Source: Myxococcales bacterium (GTDB lineage: Bacteria; Myxococcota_A; Polyangia; Polyangiales; DASUME01). From it: a stretch of DNA of 64,000 nucleotides. The notes below the pieces were generated by a model, which was not told where the DNA came from, made no database searches, and saw nothing but the letters and a program-made list of their open reading frames with translations. Made by a program: the position numbers and the translations under genes. This document shows, piece by piece, positions 46,950 through 57,370 of this stretch. Position 1 is the first letter of the stretch; every line of letters begins with the position of its first letter. The DNA is taken from contig JASGJH010000001.1 of the NCBI GenBank assembly GCA_047601445.1, forward strand, positions 4,480,001 through 4,544,000, in the 5' to 3' direction.

Positions 46950-49343
46950 TTAGCGGGCGGACACAGTGAGAGGGCCTTCGGAGGCGCAGTCGACCGAGAA
47001 GGCCCCGGTGACGGCAGCCTCGATCTTCGAGCACGTCGTGAAGTAGCTGGCGGAGGGCAGCGTGAGCTTGGGCGCCTCGCTCGCGTCTTCGGGCGCGAGA
47101 CCACCGAGCAGGAACTGAGGACTCGAGACGATCACGCCGCACACCTTGCGCAGGCCCGCCTGGGCATCGAGCAAGCTCTTGGCGTCGGTGTCGAGCGTGG
47201 CCCCCAACAGCGACTCGAGCGCGGGCTTCTCGGCCAGCGGCTCGATGCTGGTGCGTCCGACCAGGCGATCCTTGAGGGCGATCACCAGGTCCGCCACCGT
47301 GGCTTTGCCGGGTGCGGTGACCTGCGCCAACAAGAGATCGATGTAGTCGGTCGCGGCGGGGTCGAGCTTGCTGCACACCGCGAAGCGATCTTCCCAGCCC
47401 AAGCGCGCCTGGAAGTCGAAGCCGCGGAAGCCAGGCTCGGAGTTCTTGAGGTAGTGTCCGGTCTCCGACTGGAACGTGCGTTCGGCGTCGATGATCGGGA
47501 AGATCGGGTCCTCGGGATCCACGTTGAAGGTGTCCGGGAAGGTCGAGTTGGGTGCGATGGGCGTCCAACCCATGGCGGAGTAGACCAGGCTGGCGGCCGT
47601 GCGGCTGGGCAGCGACACGATGCCGTCGGCGGCGCTGTTCTTGCGCTTGGCAGCGTCGGTCTCCGCGATGACCCACGGATCGAAGATCGCGGGCAGGGCG
47701 TAGGGCTTGGCGCCGCAACCCTCGGAGGGAGCGGGCACGTTGAAGTACGGGCTCGCCAGCACGGTCTCCACCAGCTTGCGGTTGGAGAAGCCGGACTTGA
47801 TGAACTCCTCGGTGAGGTGCTGCAGCTGATCGCGCGCGGCGGCGTTGCGCGGGAAGCGCGTGGGGATGGTGAGCGGCGTGCCCACGATCTGGATCCACAC
47901 CTTCTCCACGATGTTCATGGCCGTGAGGTAAGCGAACGCCTTGTCGGGATCCGCGACCTCGCCCGCCTCATCGGCGCCCAGGCCTTCCTTCTTGAGCTTG
48001 GCGAAGCCGGTGCGCAGGGACTCGGCAAGGCCCCAGGGGGAGGTGCGCAGGCCGGTCAGGTTGCCGAACTTGGCCTGCACGCCCGCGAGGTCGATGGTGA
48101 CGTACTTCTCTTCCTTGTACTTACCGCACGCGGCCGCCCAGCCCCACGGACGCGCCTGGCGCTTGGCCACTTCCGAGGCGCAGATGCGTTCGTTGAGGCA
48201 GCGCACGACGAGCTCGTTGGGGTCGGCGCACTTCACGTTGGCCTGAGCCTGTGTCTGCGTGCGCGTGCCGCAGTCGTTGACGAAGTCGCGATAGCGAAGG
48301 GGTGCGTGGGAGCGGTCGCCGCCCTCGTAGCCGCCGAAGGTGACGGGGCCCGTCGACTCACCGAACAAGCTCTTCTCGAGCAGCGCGTTGATCGGGAAGT
48401 GGCGATTGGTGAGCGGGTTGTTGGTCTGCGTGACCGAGAACTCGCTGTTGTGGCAGTTGAGACAGACCGTGTCGCGGTGCAGGTACACGCCTTCGAACCA
48501 GGCGCCGAAGTCGCGACGGCGCGTGAGCTCGAGGGCGACCGGCGTCGCGTTTGCGCCCAGGTACGTGAGAGTCAACATCGCGAAGATGTTCGCGTCGTAG
48601 ATGGGCGTGACGTCGTCGAGGGCCAGCGATCCCTGCACCACGTCGTACATGGTGAAGGTGCCGGTGCCGCCCCCATCGGAGCTGGCAGGCTTGCTGCGGA
48701 TGGTGGCCGCCACGGCCACAGGGTTCGCGTTCATCGGCTCCGCGAAGCACGGGCCGTTGTACTGCTCGTCGGCGCGCTGCACCTTGATGAAGTCGCGATA
48801 GAGCTCGGCCCAATACTTCGCGTACCCGGAATCCTTGAACAGGATGTCGAGCAGGGCCTTGCGCGAGCGCCGCAGCTTGGAGCCAGGCGGGTTGGTCTCA
48901 TCGGTCACGTGATCGATGGCGTCGATCTGGCCGATCAGATCTGCATAGGCCTGGACCTCGGCCTGCGAGTAGGGTCGACGGCCCAGCACGGCCATCAAGG
49001 CGTTGCGTACGAAGGCCTGGTCGGAGCTTTGACAGGCGTACCAGGGGGTTTCTGGTGTACCGCCATCTCCGTCTCCGTCTCCATCACCCACGGGCGCGTC
49101 GCCATCGCCATCGCCCACGGGTGCATCGCCATCGCCCACGGGTGCGTCGCCGTCGCCCACCGGAGCGTCGCCATCCCCCACGGGCGCGTCGCCATCTCCA
49201 ACGGGCGCATCGCCGTCACCGACGGGTGCGTCGCCATCGCCGGACGTCCCCGCATCGAGGTTCGGTCCGAGCATCTTCGCGCTGTCACCACAGGCCACCA
49301 GAGTGAGGGCGCAGACCAAGAGAAATCTTTGATAGCTACTCAT
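46950..49343 (-). CDS. Large lipoprotein with one CxxCH; DUF1549/DUF1553-like partner of DUF1501
   Basis: Lipobox LVAC, GDGDAPV repeats, D.AFVR.....LGRRP...E, CLNCH, F..SG.....LV..VL.SPYF. Confidence 0.7.
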   Translation of the reverse strand: MSSYQRFLLVCALTLVACGDSAKMLGPNLDAGTSGDGDAPVGDGDAPVGDGDAPVGDGDAPVGDGDAPVGDGDAPVGDGDGDAPVGDGDGDGDGGTPETPWYACQSSDQAFVRNALMAVLGRRPYSQAEVQAYADLIGQIDAIDHVTDETNPPGSKLRRSRKALLDILFKDSGYAKYWAELYRDFIKVQRADEQYNGPCFAEPMNANPVAVAATIRSKPASSDGGGTGTFTMYDVVQGSLALDDVTPIYDANIFAMLTLTYLGANATPVALELTRRRDFGAWFEGVYLHRDTVCLNCHNSEFSVTQTNNPLTNRHFPINALLEKSLFGESTGPVTFGGYEGGDRSHAPLRYRDFVNDCGTRTQTQAQANVKCADPNELVVRCLNERICASEVAKRQARPWGWAAACGKYKEEKYVTIDLAGVQAKFGNLTGLRTSPWGLAESLRTGFAKLKKEGLGADEAGEVADPDKAFAYLTAMNIVEKVWIQIVGTPLTIPTRFPRNAAARDQLQHLTEEFIKSGFSNRKLVETVLASPYFNVPAPSEGCGAKPYALPAIFDPWVIAETDAAKRKNSAADGIVSLPSRTAASLVYSAMGWTPIAPNSTFPDTFNVDPEDPIFPIIDAERTFQSETGHYLKNSEPGFRGFDFQARLGWEDRFAVCSKLDPAATDYIDLLLAQVTAPGKATVADLVIALKDRLVGRTSIEPLAEKPALESLLGATLDTDAKSLLDAQAGLRKVCGVIVSSPQFLLGGLAPEDASEAPKLTLPSASYFTTCSKIEAAVTGAFSVDCASEGPLTVSAR
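49068..49243 (-). repeat. 21-bp coding tandem repeat (GDGDAPV x7)
   Basis: Seven GDGDAPV units with synonymous variation. Confidence 0.88.
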
Positions 49344-50866
49344 AGTTGGTACCCCAGCACGCGCTTGGTGACGTCGACGATGGCGGCGGCGTCCTCCGAT
49401 TGGTTCTGAATCTCGCTGTTGCTGTAGCCGGCCTGGTCGAAGGGCCAGATGCCCATGGCCAACAGCGCTGCGATGCGATTCTCGGTGGGAGTGGTGAAGA
49501 CCTTGGCCTGACCGCTCTCCTCGATGGACCCGTACACGCCCTTTTGGGCTTCCGTGATGGGGCCGCCGATGTAGACCTGCATGTAGCCGTAGGGCCAGTG
49601 GTTGCGGCCGAAACCGCCGTTCTGTGCGGTGGGCGCGCGCCCAAACTCCTGGTTCAGGATGACCATCGTCTTGTCGAGATCGATCTTGTTGGGGTCGTTC
49701 TCGCCGGGCTTGTTGATGCTGGCGAGCAAGTTGGTCAGCAGGTTGTTCAAGTTGCGCGACTGCGTGAAGGTCATCTCACGGTGCGTGTCGTAGCCGCCGC
49801 CACCGTCGGCTTCCTCGAGTCCCGTGTCGACCACACAGCAATGCTTGGCTGGCGAGACGGGGTGCGTGAGCAAGTGCGTCGCCAGGCGCAAGCTCATGGC
49901 GGGCACGTTGATGTCGTTGGTCTCGCCGCAGGCGGCGCCAGGCAGCTTCACGAACAGGCTCGGATCGAGCACGTCCTTCACGCTCTGGGAGCCCGACACC
50001 GACTTGGCCGCTTGCGCGAGCTCGCGGTAACGCGTGGCGCGCAGCGGATCGCCCTGCTTGCCGAACTTGAGCTGAGACTCGTACTGATCGAAGTAGGCCT
50101 GCATCAGCGCGTCGTACTTGGTGCGGTCGTCGGACGAACCGACCGAGGTGCGGTCCAGCAGCTGGTTGAGGCGGCTCACGTTGTCGACCTTGATCAACAG
50201 CGGGCGCGCGGAGCCCGGGTGCAGGCCCGTGGCCACCAACGCGAGCACGTTGTCGGTGGGGATGAAGCCACCGGCCGTGGCGAAGCCGTAGGAGAAGGGA
50301 GCGGTGCGCGTGCCCGTCTCGATGTCCACGAAATGACGCTGTACGTGAGCGCCGAGGCTCGCCAGCGCCGGTGAGCCCAGGGTCTTGCCACAGATGGCCA
50401 GTGGGATGGCAGCTTCATGCGGCTCGAGCCCGTGGCGATTGATGACGATGCGCATACGCTTGAGCACGTCCGGCCGAGCGAGGATCGGCTGCAGGAACGG
50501 CCCGAGAAAAACTTGCTTCCCCAGCGAGTCCGTGGCGAAGGGGGTCAGGAGATTGTTGGCGTTGTAGTCGGTGTAGCCGCAGAGCGCGCTGGCCTGCACG
50601 GTGCGGTCCAGGAACGTGTACAGCCAGGCCGCGTTGTTCTTGCCGAAGGTGTCCGAGCAATAGAAGGTTTCCCACGGCGATACGCCGCCGTACATGAACA
50701 CTTCGAGAATGCTCTGGGCCTGGTTCGCCTTCGGCAGCATGGCGCCCGTGTAGTCCGCGGGGACCTCGCCGAACGGCAGCGCCTTGGCGCGGTTGATGAA
50801 AGGTCCAGACAGCGCCGCAGCCGCGACGCCCCCTGCCGTTGCCTGCAAAAAATGTCGTCTCTTCAT
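49340..50866 (-). CDS. Tat-exported DUF1501-like protein
   Basis: MKRRHFL twin-arginine signal; FMYGG.S..ETF, GYDTH, EFGRAP, GRNHWP. Confidence 0.85.
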   Translation of the reverse strand: MKRRHFLQATAGGVAAAALSGPFINRAKALPFGEVPADYTGAMLPKANQAQSILEVFMYGGVSPWETFYCSDTFGKNNAAWLYTFLDRTVQASALCGYTDYNANNLLTPFATDSLGKQVFLGPFLQPILARPDVLKRMRIVINRHGLEPHEAAIPLAICGKTLGSPALASLGAHVQRHFVDIETGTRTAPFSYGFATAGGFIPTDNVLALVATGLHPGSARPLLIKVDNVSRLNQLLDRTSVGSSDDRTKYDALMQAYFDQYESQLKFGKQGDPLRATRYRELAQAAKSVSGSQSVKDVLDPSLFVKLPGAACGETNDINVPAMSLRLATHLLTHPVSPAKHCCVVDTGLEEADGGGGYDTHREMTFTQSRNLNNLLTNLLASINKPGENDPNKIDLDKTMVILNQEFGRAPTAQNGGFGRNHWPYGYMQVYIGGPITEAQKGVYGSIEESGQAKVFTTPTENRIAALLAMGIWPFDQAGYSNSEIQNQSEDAAAIVDVTKRVLGYQL

Positions 50867-50912
50867 GCGCTCCTCCTCGGGTGCTCGAAACCAATGGGGG
50901 GGTTTAAGGGGC

Positions 50913-51530
50913 TCACTTTCCGTGACCGGGGCAGACGAACTTGATCACTCTCTTCACGGCCGGTTGTCCGCGCAGGAACGCGATCACATCGGCGACCTCG
51001 CTCTCCGACAGCTCGAACTTGGGCATGCCGGTGCACAGCGTCTTGCCGTCGTTGCCCACGCCTTGCGTGATGGCCTTGGCAATCTGCGCGTCGGTCCAGC
51101 TCTTGAGTCCGGTGGCGTCGGGGGTCAGGTTGGGGAAGAAGCCGAGCCCCGAGTAGTCCTCCTGATGACAGTCGGCGCACATCTCGGTCTCCGCGATGGC
51201 CTTGCCGCGCAGGTAAGCCTCACTGTGAGCGGGCTCGCCGCCGCCCGCGTCGGGCGTCTCCGTGTCTCCGTCGCCACCTGGTTCGGTGCCTGCGTCGACA
51301 TCGTCGTCACCGTCACCGACCGGCGCATCGCCATCGCCCGCGGGCGCGTCGCCGTCTCCGGTGGGCGCGTCGCCATCGCCCATCATCGAAGTCGCGTCGC
51401 CGTCGCCATCGCCCTTGATGTCCTCGATGACCTTGCCGGTATCGACGTCGTCGCCACCGCAACCCAGGACGAGCGCGAGACAGCCCAGACGCAGCCATCG
51501 ATAGGTTGAGTGCTTTACTTCTTCCCGCAT
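50913..51530 (-). CDS. c-type cytochrome lipoprotein
   Basis: Lipobox VLGC, CADCH, PNLTPD.TGL..WTD, MPKF. Confidence 0.88.
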   Translation of the reverse strand: MREEVKHSTYRWLRLGCLALVLGCGGDDVDTGKVIEDIKGDGDGDATSMMGDGDAPTGDGDAPAGDGDAPVGDGDDDVDAGTEPGGDGDTETPDAGGGEPAHSEAYLRGKAIAETEMCADCHQEDYSGLGFFPNLTPDATGLKSWTDAQIAKAITQGVGNDGKTLCTGMPKFELSESEVADVIAFLRGQPAVKRVIKFVCPGHGK

Positions 51531-52512
51531 TCGGCCATCTCCTTGTTGCTCGGCCGCAGATGGACAGTCGCGGGCGCAAGAGAGCCGAGCCCCTCACGGG
51601 GGGCCGTTCTCCTCACCAGTCTTACTGTTGTCTGGAGCCTGTCCGTTCTTACTATGGTGATAAGGGGCGGCCGCCGGCAGGGCTGGGGACGGCGAGCCCA
51701 CCTGGAGCTCCCACGCAGCCATACCGTCGCCGTCTCTCAATTCGCTATGCCATCAAATTGCTTGTGCCAGAGGTACATTTAGATGGTGTTTCGAGACCGC
51801 AAAACCCCCGGCAATACGCAGTTTTTCTTTCACCCCCCGCTTGTTTCGCTGCGACATCAAAAGCGGGTCCGCAAAGCCATCGAGAAGTGTTTAGGAAACG
51901 CAGCAGAAAACATGGCTAGGCGCGCGTAGCCCGAGCGTTTTCGCGTAACGCTTCGAGGAGCACGTCAATTCTCGATCAATCCAGGTCGGATCTGAGTGTT
52001 TGAGTCAGACGGATCCCACGCCTCTGTCGCTTCAACTGAGTCAGACCGAATCGAAGCATGGCCTCACGCTGCATGACCTGCTTGAGGCCGAGGCGAGCCT
52101 GCGCGAGGTCGCATGCGCCCGTCGGCATGGGAGGCGGCCACGCGATCATGCGTGCTCCAAGGACGAGTTTTGCGAGGTTTTGCGGCGTCGCAGCGCGTGC
52201 GCGCGACGGGAGGCGATCGAAGGCCGCCAGCGAAGGCGGATCCGCCTTCTTGCACGCTCCCGAAGCGTTGACGGAAGTTGGGGCGTTCTTGCCGAAGTTG
52301 AGGCGTTGTGTGACAGGCGCAGGCCCGAGTCCGTCGCGCCGTGTAGTGCTGAATCGAGTTCGAACGATGTGAAGTTTCGGGACGAAAAACGGAGGATTTA
52401 GGTCGAGGACATCGACGAGGAAAGCTTTCGCTCGGGTCGCGCGTGCGATATGGCATTCGAGAAGAACGACAGAGCGCAGCGCGCAGTCGTTCGACAACAC
52501 CGAGGCGAACTC

Positions 52513-53295
52513 ATGAGCCGTTGCCACGCCTGCTTGGCTGGGCTGCTCGTCATCCTCTCGCTGGGCTGCCAGCCGGATGACGACGCGTCCGTGGATCACA
52601 AGACCGATCGCTATCCATTCAATCCCGACGACCCGAGCGCGGACGCAGGCGAGAGCACTGCTCGCGATGAACCCGAGCTGGATGGCGGCCGTGACAGCGA
52701 TGGCGGCAGCACGTCCGAAGCGGATGCGCAGGCACCAGACGCCTCGCACCGTGACGCAGGCCACGACGGGGAGATGCCCACGGACGATGCAGGCGCCACC
52801 GGTGATGGCGACGGAGATCCGGGCGCGGGCTTGGATGGCGGCGACCGACCCACGGATGAAGAGGAGGAGCCAGGCGGCCTCGACGCCGGAGAGGATGCGG
52901 AGCGCGACGCCGACGTGACGGGCGACGCCGGGACCGACGCTGGCAACGAAGAGCCCAGCCCACCCGCCACCTTCACACGCGTGTTCGAGATCTTCAGCCA
53001 GCAATGTCGGGGCTGTCACCGCGGAGGTAGCCAATTCAGCCTGGATTTGGGCACCAAAGCCACGGCCTATGACGAGCTGATCGGGGGCCCGAGCAAGGGG
53101 GCCGCGGAGTTCATCACGTGCGCCAACCAAGGCTACTTCCGCGTGGTGCCGGGCAAGCCGGATGAGAGTCTTCTCATCCAGAAGCTCGAGGGCATTCAGC
53201 CATGTGGCGATCAGATGCCGCCAGGCAAGGCGCTGTCTGCGGCGCAGCTGCGCGAGGTGCGCTCGTGGATCATGGCCGGTGCGTTGAACAACTGA
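52513..53295 (+). CDS. Lipoprotein with acidic linker and planctomycete-type cytochrome c domain
   Basis: Lipobox SLGC, CRGCH, VVPG.PDES.L..KL, MPP, WI.AGA.NN. Confidence 0.82.
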   Translation: MSRCHACLAGLLVILSLGCQPDDDASVDHKTDRYPFNPDDPSADAGESTARDEPELDGGRDSDGGSTSEADAQAPDASHRDAGHDGEMPTDDAGATGDGDGDPGAGLDGGDRPTDEEEEPGGLDAGEDAERDADVTGDAGTDAGNEEPSPPATFTRVFEIFSQQCRGCHRGGSQFSLDLGTKATAYDELIGGPSKGAAEFITCANQGYFRVVPGKPDESLLIQKLEGIQPCGDQMPPGKALSAAQLREVRSWIMAGALNN

Positions 53296-53327
53296 GCGCA
53301 CCGCATCTATTAAAGGATGGAGGAGAC

Positions 53328-53723
53328 ATGTCGATGGGTTCGAAGTGGATCAACGGATGGGGCGCAGCGGCCACACTATGGCTGAGCGCCTGCGGCGGCG
53401 CGGCGCCAGCGGGAAGCACTACACCAGCAACGGCTGCACCCACGTTGGTGATCACGGAACCGGCCGAGTGGCAGAGTCTGGTCACGGCGGGCAAAGGCTC
53501 CTTCGACCTCGCTTGCGGCAGCTGCCATCCGGGTGGCGACGCCGACCTCGGTCCGGCGCTCAAAGGACACGCGCTGCCGCTCGATGCCATGACCAAACAG
53601 ATCCGCGAGGGCTCGGGGCGCATGAAGCCGATCGACCAGACCCAGCTACCGGAGGACCAAATGCGCGGGCTCTTCGTCTACCTCTCCACGTTGGCAGCGG
53701 TGAGTGGCGTGCAGGGACCGTAG
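53328..53723 (+). CDS. Small c-type cytochrome lipoprotein
   Basis: GGAGGAG RBS, lipobox LSAC, CGSCH, GPAL, G.GRM.P. Confidence 0.85.
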   Translation: MSMGSKWINGWGAAATLWLSACGGAAPAGSTTPATAAPTLVITEPAEWQSLVTAGKGSFDLACGSCHPGGDADLGPALKGHALPLDAMTKQIREGSGRMKPIDQTQLPEDQMRGLFVYLSTLAAVSGVQGP

Positions 53724-53773
53724 GGGTCGGCCGGCCAGGTTGTGGAACGAGCGACGCCTGATACGATGCCCCC

Positions 53774-54820
53774 GTGCACACCCCTCGTTGGCTCTTCACG
53801 GCGCTGCTTTGCTGCTTGCTCGGCTGCGCCTCCCGCTCCGGGCCCAGCAGCACGCCCGCCACGCCCACCACCAAGCTGGCCGCCGAGAAGCTCTCGCTCG
53901 TGGCGAGCAGCTTCCCGCCCTTCGTCGATAGCGCCGACAACCCGCGCGTCGCCATCGACCTGGTCACCACGGCGCTGGCGCGCGCCGGCTACATCGCGGA
54001 CACGGAGGTCACCTCGCTCGACGACGTGATCAGCGGGTTGCGCGAGGGTCGCTACGCGGGCTCGAGCGCGCTGTGGCGCAGCGAGGAGCGCGAGCAGTTC
54101 CTGCTCTACTCTCAGCCCTACCTCGAAAATCGATTACTACTGGTGGCGCGCAAGGGTACGGAAGTCGGCGCCCAACACCTGGGCGAGCTCATGGGCAAGA
54201 AGGTGGGCATCGTGGAGGGCTACGCCTACGGGCCGGAGCTCGAGCAGGCCAAGGAGCCGGTATTCGTTCGCGGGCCGAGCACCGAGGACAACCTGCGGGC
54301 GCTGCTTCGGGGCGAGCTCGACTACGTGCTGGCGGACGCCCTGTTGATCCATCACATCGCCCATCAGCACCCGGAGCAGACCGCGGCCAAGCTGGCCCTC
54401 GGCGAACACACGCTTCTTACGCGCAGCCTGCATCTGACCCTGCGCAAGGATCTCCCCAACGCGAGCACCATCCTGCAACGCTTCAACGAGGCGCTGCGCC
54501 AGATGCTGCACGACGGCTCCTATCACGAGGCCCTGCGTGTGGACTGGATCCACGCGGATGTGGACGGCGATGGGGTGCTCGAGATGGTGGCTTCGGGCGA
54601 CGAGGTCGGCGCCGAACCTCCGCGCACGGGCTACCGAGTGACCACGCTCCCCGGCAGCGGTGGGCCCAGCAGCGACCAACACCCGAGCAACGCGCGCTTC
54701 GTGGTGAAGGGCGTGCCTTACGGCTCGTGGGACCAGATTCCGCCCGAGTACAAGCGCAACCCGGCGTCGCCCATGGGCAGCAATCCGGGCACGCTACGCA
54801 CGAGCATCTTCGAGTTCTAG
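53774..54820 (+). CDS. Family 3 extracellular solute-binding lipoprotein
   Basis: Lipobox LLGC, FPPF, ERE..L.YS.PY, GKKVG.V.GYAY, LLRGELD. Confidence 0.82.
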   Translation: MHTPRWLFTALLCCLLGCASRSGPSSTPATPTTKLAAEKLSLVASSFPPFVDSADNPRVAIDLVTTALARAGYIADTEVTSLDDVISGLREGRYAGSSALWRSEEREQFLLYSQPYLENRLLLVARKGTEVGAQHLGELMGKKVGIVEGYAYGPELEQAKEPVFVRGPSTEDNLRALLRGELDYVLADALLIHHIAHQHPEQTAAKLALGEHTLLTRSLHLTLRKDLPNASTILQRFNEALRQMLHDGSYHEALRVDWIHADVDGDGVLEMVASGDEVGAEPPRTGYRVTTLPGSGGPSSDQHPSNARFVVKGVPYGSWDQIPPEYKRNPASPMGSNPGTLRTSIFEF

Positions 54821-56890
54821 CGGCGCGCAAACGCCGCCAAGTTGGCCACTGCGCTCACCAGAATCCTCGGGCCTCACGGGCTTGCCGATGTGATTGGCGA
54901 AGCCCATCGAGAGCGCCTTGCTCTTGTCTTGCGGACGCGTGTAGGCCGTCAGTGCGAGCGAGGGGATGCCTCCGCCGAGCTCGGGCGCGAGGGCCCTCAC
55001 GCGTTGGGCCAGCGAATAGCCATCTTCGCCTGGCATACCGATATCGCTGACGAGCACGTGAGGCCGGAAGTCGCCTACCCGCGCGAACGCGTCGGCAGCT
55101 GAAGAGGCCATCTCCACGGTGGCGCCAGCCTGGCTGAGCAGAGCATGGACCAGCTCGCGTGCGTCTTGCTCGTCGTCCACCACCAGCACGCGCTTGCCCT
55201 CCAAGGTGCCCGCGACCTTGGGCTCCACGAAGGGCCCCGGATCCCAGCTCTCCGCAGGCGTGTGCGGTTCCGGAATGACCGCGCGCTCCGGGATGCGGGC
55301 GCGAAACGTGGCGCCCTGCCCCAGCCCGGGGCTCTCGGCCTGCACCTCTCCGCCGTGCAGTTCCACCAGCTGCCGCGCGATGGCGAGCCCCAGGCCGAGC
55401 CCACCCACGCGACGCGCCGAGGAACTGTCGGCCTGCACGAAGCGATCGAACACGAAGGGCAAGAACTCGGGCTTGATGCCGCGGCCCTGGTCGCTGACGC
55501 ACACCGAGAGGTGCCCCCGTGAGCGCTCGATGACCACGCGTACGCGCCCGCCGGGATCGGAGAATTTCACGGCGTTGGAGAGAAAATTCCAGAACACCTG
55601 CTGGAGTCGCTGCGGGTCGCCCACCATCAGACAGTCGGGCGGAGCTTCCTGCAACTCGAGGGCGATGCGCTTGGCTTCGGCCGAGGGCCGCACCGCCTCG
55701 AGCGCGTCGCGCACGACCGCGCAGATATCCATGGGCTTGAGCTCCAAGCTGAGCTTGCCGCTGATGATGCGCGAGACGTCGAGGATGTCGTCGATGATCT
55801 TGGATTGCGACACGGCATTGCGGTGGATGACCTCGATGGCTTTCTCCAAGGAGGGATCGCCCCGGCGACCGCGCAGGATGGCGGCCCAGCCCAGGATGGC
55901 GTTCAGCGGGGTACGCAGCTCGTGGGACACGATGCCGAGGAATTCGTCCTTGATGCGGTTGGCGTCCTCGGCGGTGCGCGCGGCCTCGCGCATGCGCTGT
56001 TCGCTGACGCGCAAGCTCTGCTCGGCGAGCTCAGCGGCCGCGCGCGCGGCCTGCTCCATGGCCAGCGCTTTGGCGGTTTCCTGCGCCGAGAGGCGCGAGG
56101 TGAGGTCGCGCGTGACCTTGGCGAAACCGATCAACGTGCCCTGGGCATCGACCACCCGCGTCAGGACCACGTTGGCCCAAAACCGGTCGCCCCCCTTGCG
56201 TACGCGAAAGCCCTCCTCTTCGAAGCGGCCCGTCTCACGGGCGATGTCGAGCTCGCGCTGTGGCTTGCCCGCCGCCACGTCCTCCTCGAGGAAGAAGCGC
56301 GAGTAGTGCTGGCCGATGATCTCTCCTGCGGTGTAGCCCTTGAGCTTCTGGGCGCCCGCATTCCAGGTGCTCACCTCGCCGCTGGGGCTGAGCATGTAGA
56401 TGGCGTAGTCGGAGACCGACTCGACGAGCAGCCGCATGCGCTCCTCGGAGCGGCGCAGCGCCTCTTCGGCACGGCGGCGAGCCGTGAGGTCGCGCGTGAT
56501 CTTGGCGAAGCCGAACAACGAGCCGTCGTCGTCACGCAGGGCGCTGATCACCACGTTGGCCCAGAAGCGCGTCCCGTCCTTGCGCAACCGCCAGCCCTCG
56601 TCTTCCACCCGCCCCTCCTGGGCGGCCACACGGAGCTCCGAGCCCGGCTTGTCGCTCAGCCGATCTTCCTCGGGATAAAACACCGAGAAATGCCGGCCGA
56701 GAATCTCGTGGGCAGCGTAGCCCTTGGTCTTCTCGGCCCCGGGACTCCAGGTTTTGACGTAGCCCTGCTCGTCCAGCATGAAGATGGCGTAGTCCTCCAC
56801 GCACTCGACGAGTCGTCTCCAGTCGTCGGCGGACGCGCCCGGGACATGGCCCTTCGCTGGCGCGACCTTGGTTGCTCGTGCTTCGGACAC
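54794..56890 (-). CDS. Hybrid sensor histidine kinase (2 PAS, HisKA, HATPase, receiver) with an apparent +1 frameshift near the C-terminus
   Basis: DYAIFMLD / DYAIYML PAS repeats, SHELRTPL, NAVKFS, DQGRGI, GLGLGL, LVVDD, SDIGMP, KP. Removing one base at about 54862 gives the end DLVSAVANLAAFARR* (stop at 54817). Confidence 0.93.
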   Translation of the reverse strand: MSEARATKVAPAKGHVPGASADDWRRLVECVEDYAIFMLDEQGYVKTWSPGAEKTKGYAAHEILGRHFSVFYPEEDRLSDKPGSELRVAAQEGRVEDEGWRLRKDGTRFWANVVISALRDDDGSLFGFAKITRDLTARRRAEEALRRSEERMRLLVESVSDYAIYMLSPSGEVSTWNAGAQKLKGYTAGEIIGQHYSRFFLEEDVAAGKPQRELDIARETGRFEEEGFRVRKGGDRFWANVVLTRVVDAQGTLIGFAKVTRDLTSRLSAQETAKALAMEQAARAAAELAEQSLRVSEQRMREAARTAEDANRIKDEFLGIVSHELRTPLNAILGWAAILRGRRGDPSLEKAIEVIHRNAVSQSKIIDDILDVSRIISGKLSLELKPMDICAVVRDALEAVRPSAEAKRIALELQEAPPDCLMVGDPQRLQQVFWNFLSNAVKFSDPGGRVRVVIERSRGHLSVCVSDQGRGIKPEFLPFVFDRFVQADSSSARRVGGLGLGLAIARQLVELHGGEVQAESPGLGQGATFRARIPERAVIPEPHTPAESWDPGPFVEPKVAGTLEGKRVLVVDDEQDARELVHALLSQAGATVEMASSAADAFARVGDFRPHVLVSDIGMPGEDGYSLAQRVRALAPELGGGIPSLALTAYTRPQDKSKALSMGFANHIGKPVRPEDSGERSGQLGGVCAPLELEDARA

Positions 56891-57370
56891 CAGCGCTCCT
56901 CTTGCGATTCCAAGACAGGTGCGACCCTAGTCAGTGTTGACACGAAATTCGAGCATGCAACTTCCGCAGCGTGGCGCGTTACGCGCAGAGACGTTTCGCG
57001 CGCAGAGGCCACGAGCCAGCCGCCGCCCTGCGTAGGCCTTGAAGCCGACGAAGCGACCTGGACCGGTCAGCCAAAGCGCTACAGGAGAGGCGTTGTGCAG
57101 CGCACGCGAGCAGATTTGCCCCAGGGGTACGGGCGCGCGCGACTTTGACCGCTGCTCGCGGAGCGTGCCGAGGGGACCTCCCGAGTCTCGACAAGTGGCG
57201 GGCTGACCCGATGCGCCCTGCAGCGCCGAGCGCGTGGCCCCTACTGTCAACCCATGCCATTCCCGACTGACCAGCCCTACGGTTTTGCCACGCTACATGC
57301 GATTTTGCGCTTGGCGCCGCAGCTGCACACGTTAGGTTCGGGCCTCTGCATGCACGAGGAGTTGGGGCCC

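Noticed and set aside
51531..52512. ORFs 51506..51919 and 52000..52401 in the long spacer
   Set aside because: No motifs, atypical composition and weak starts; cannot be supported as genes.
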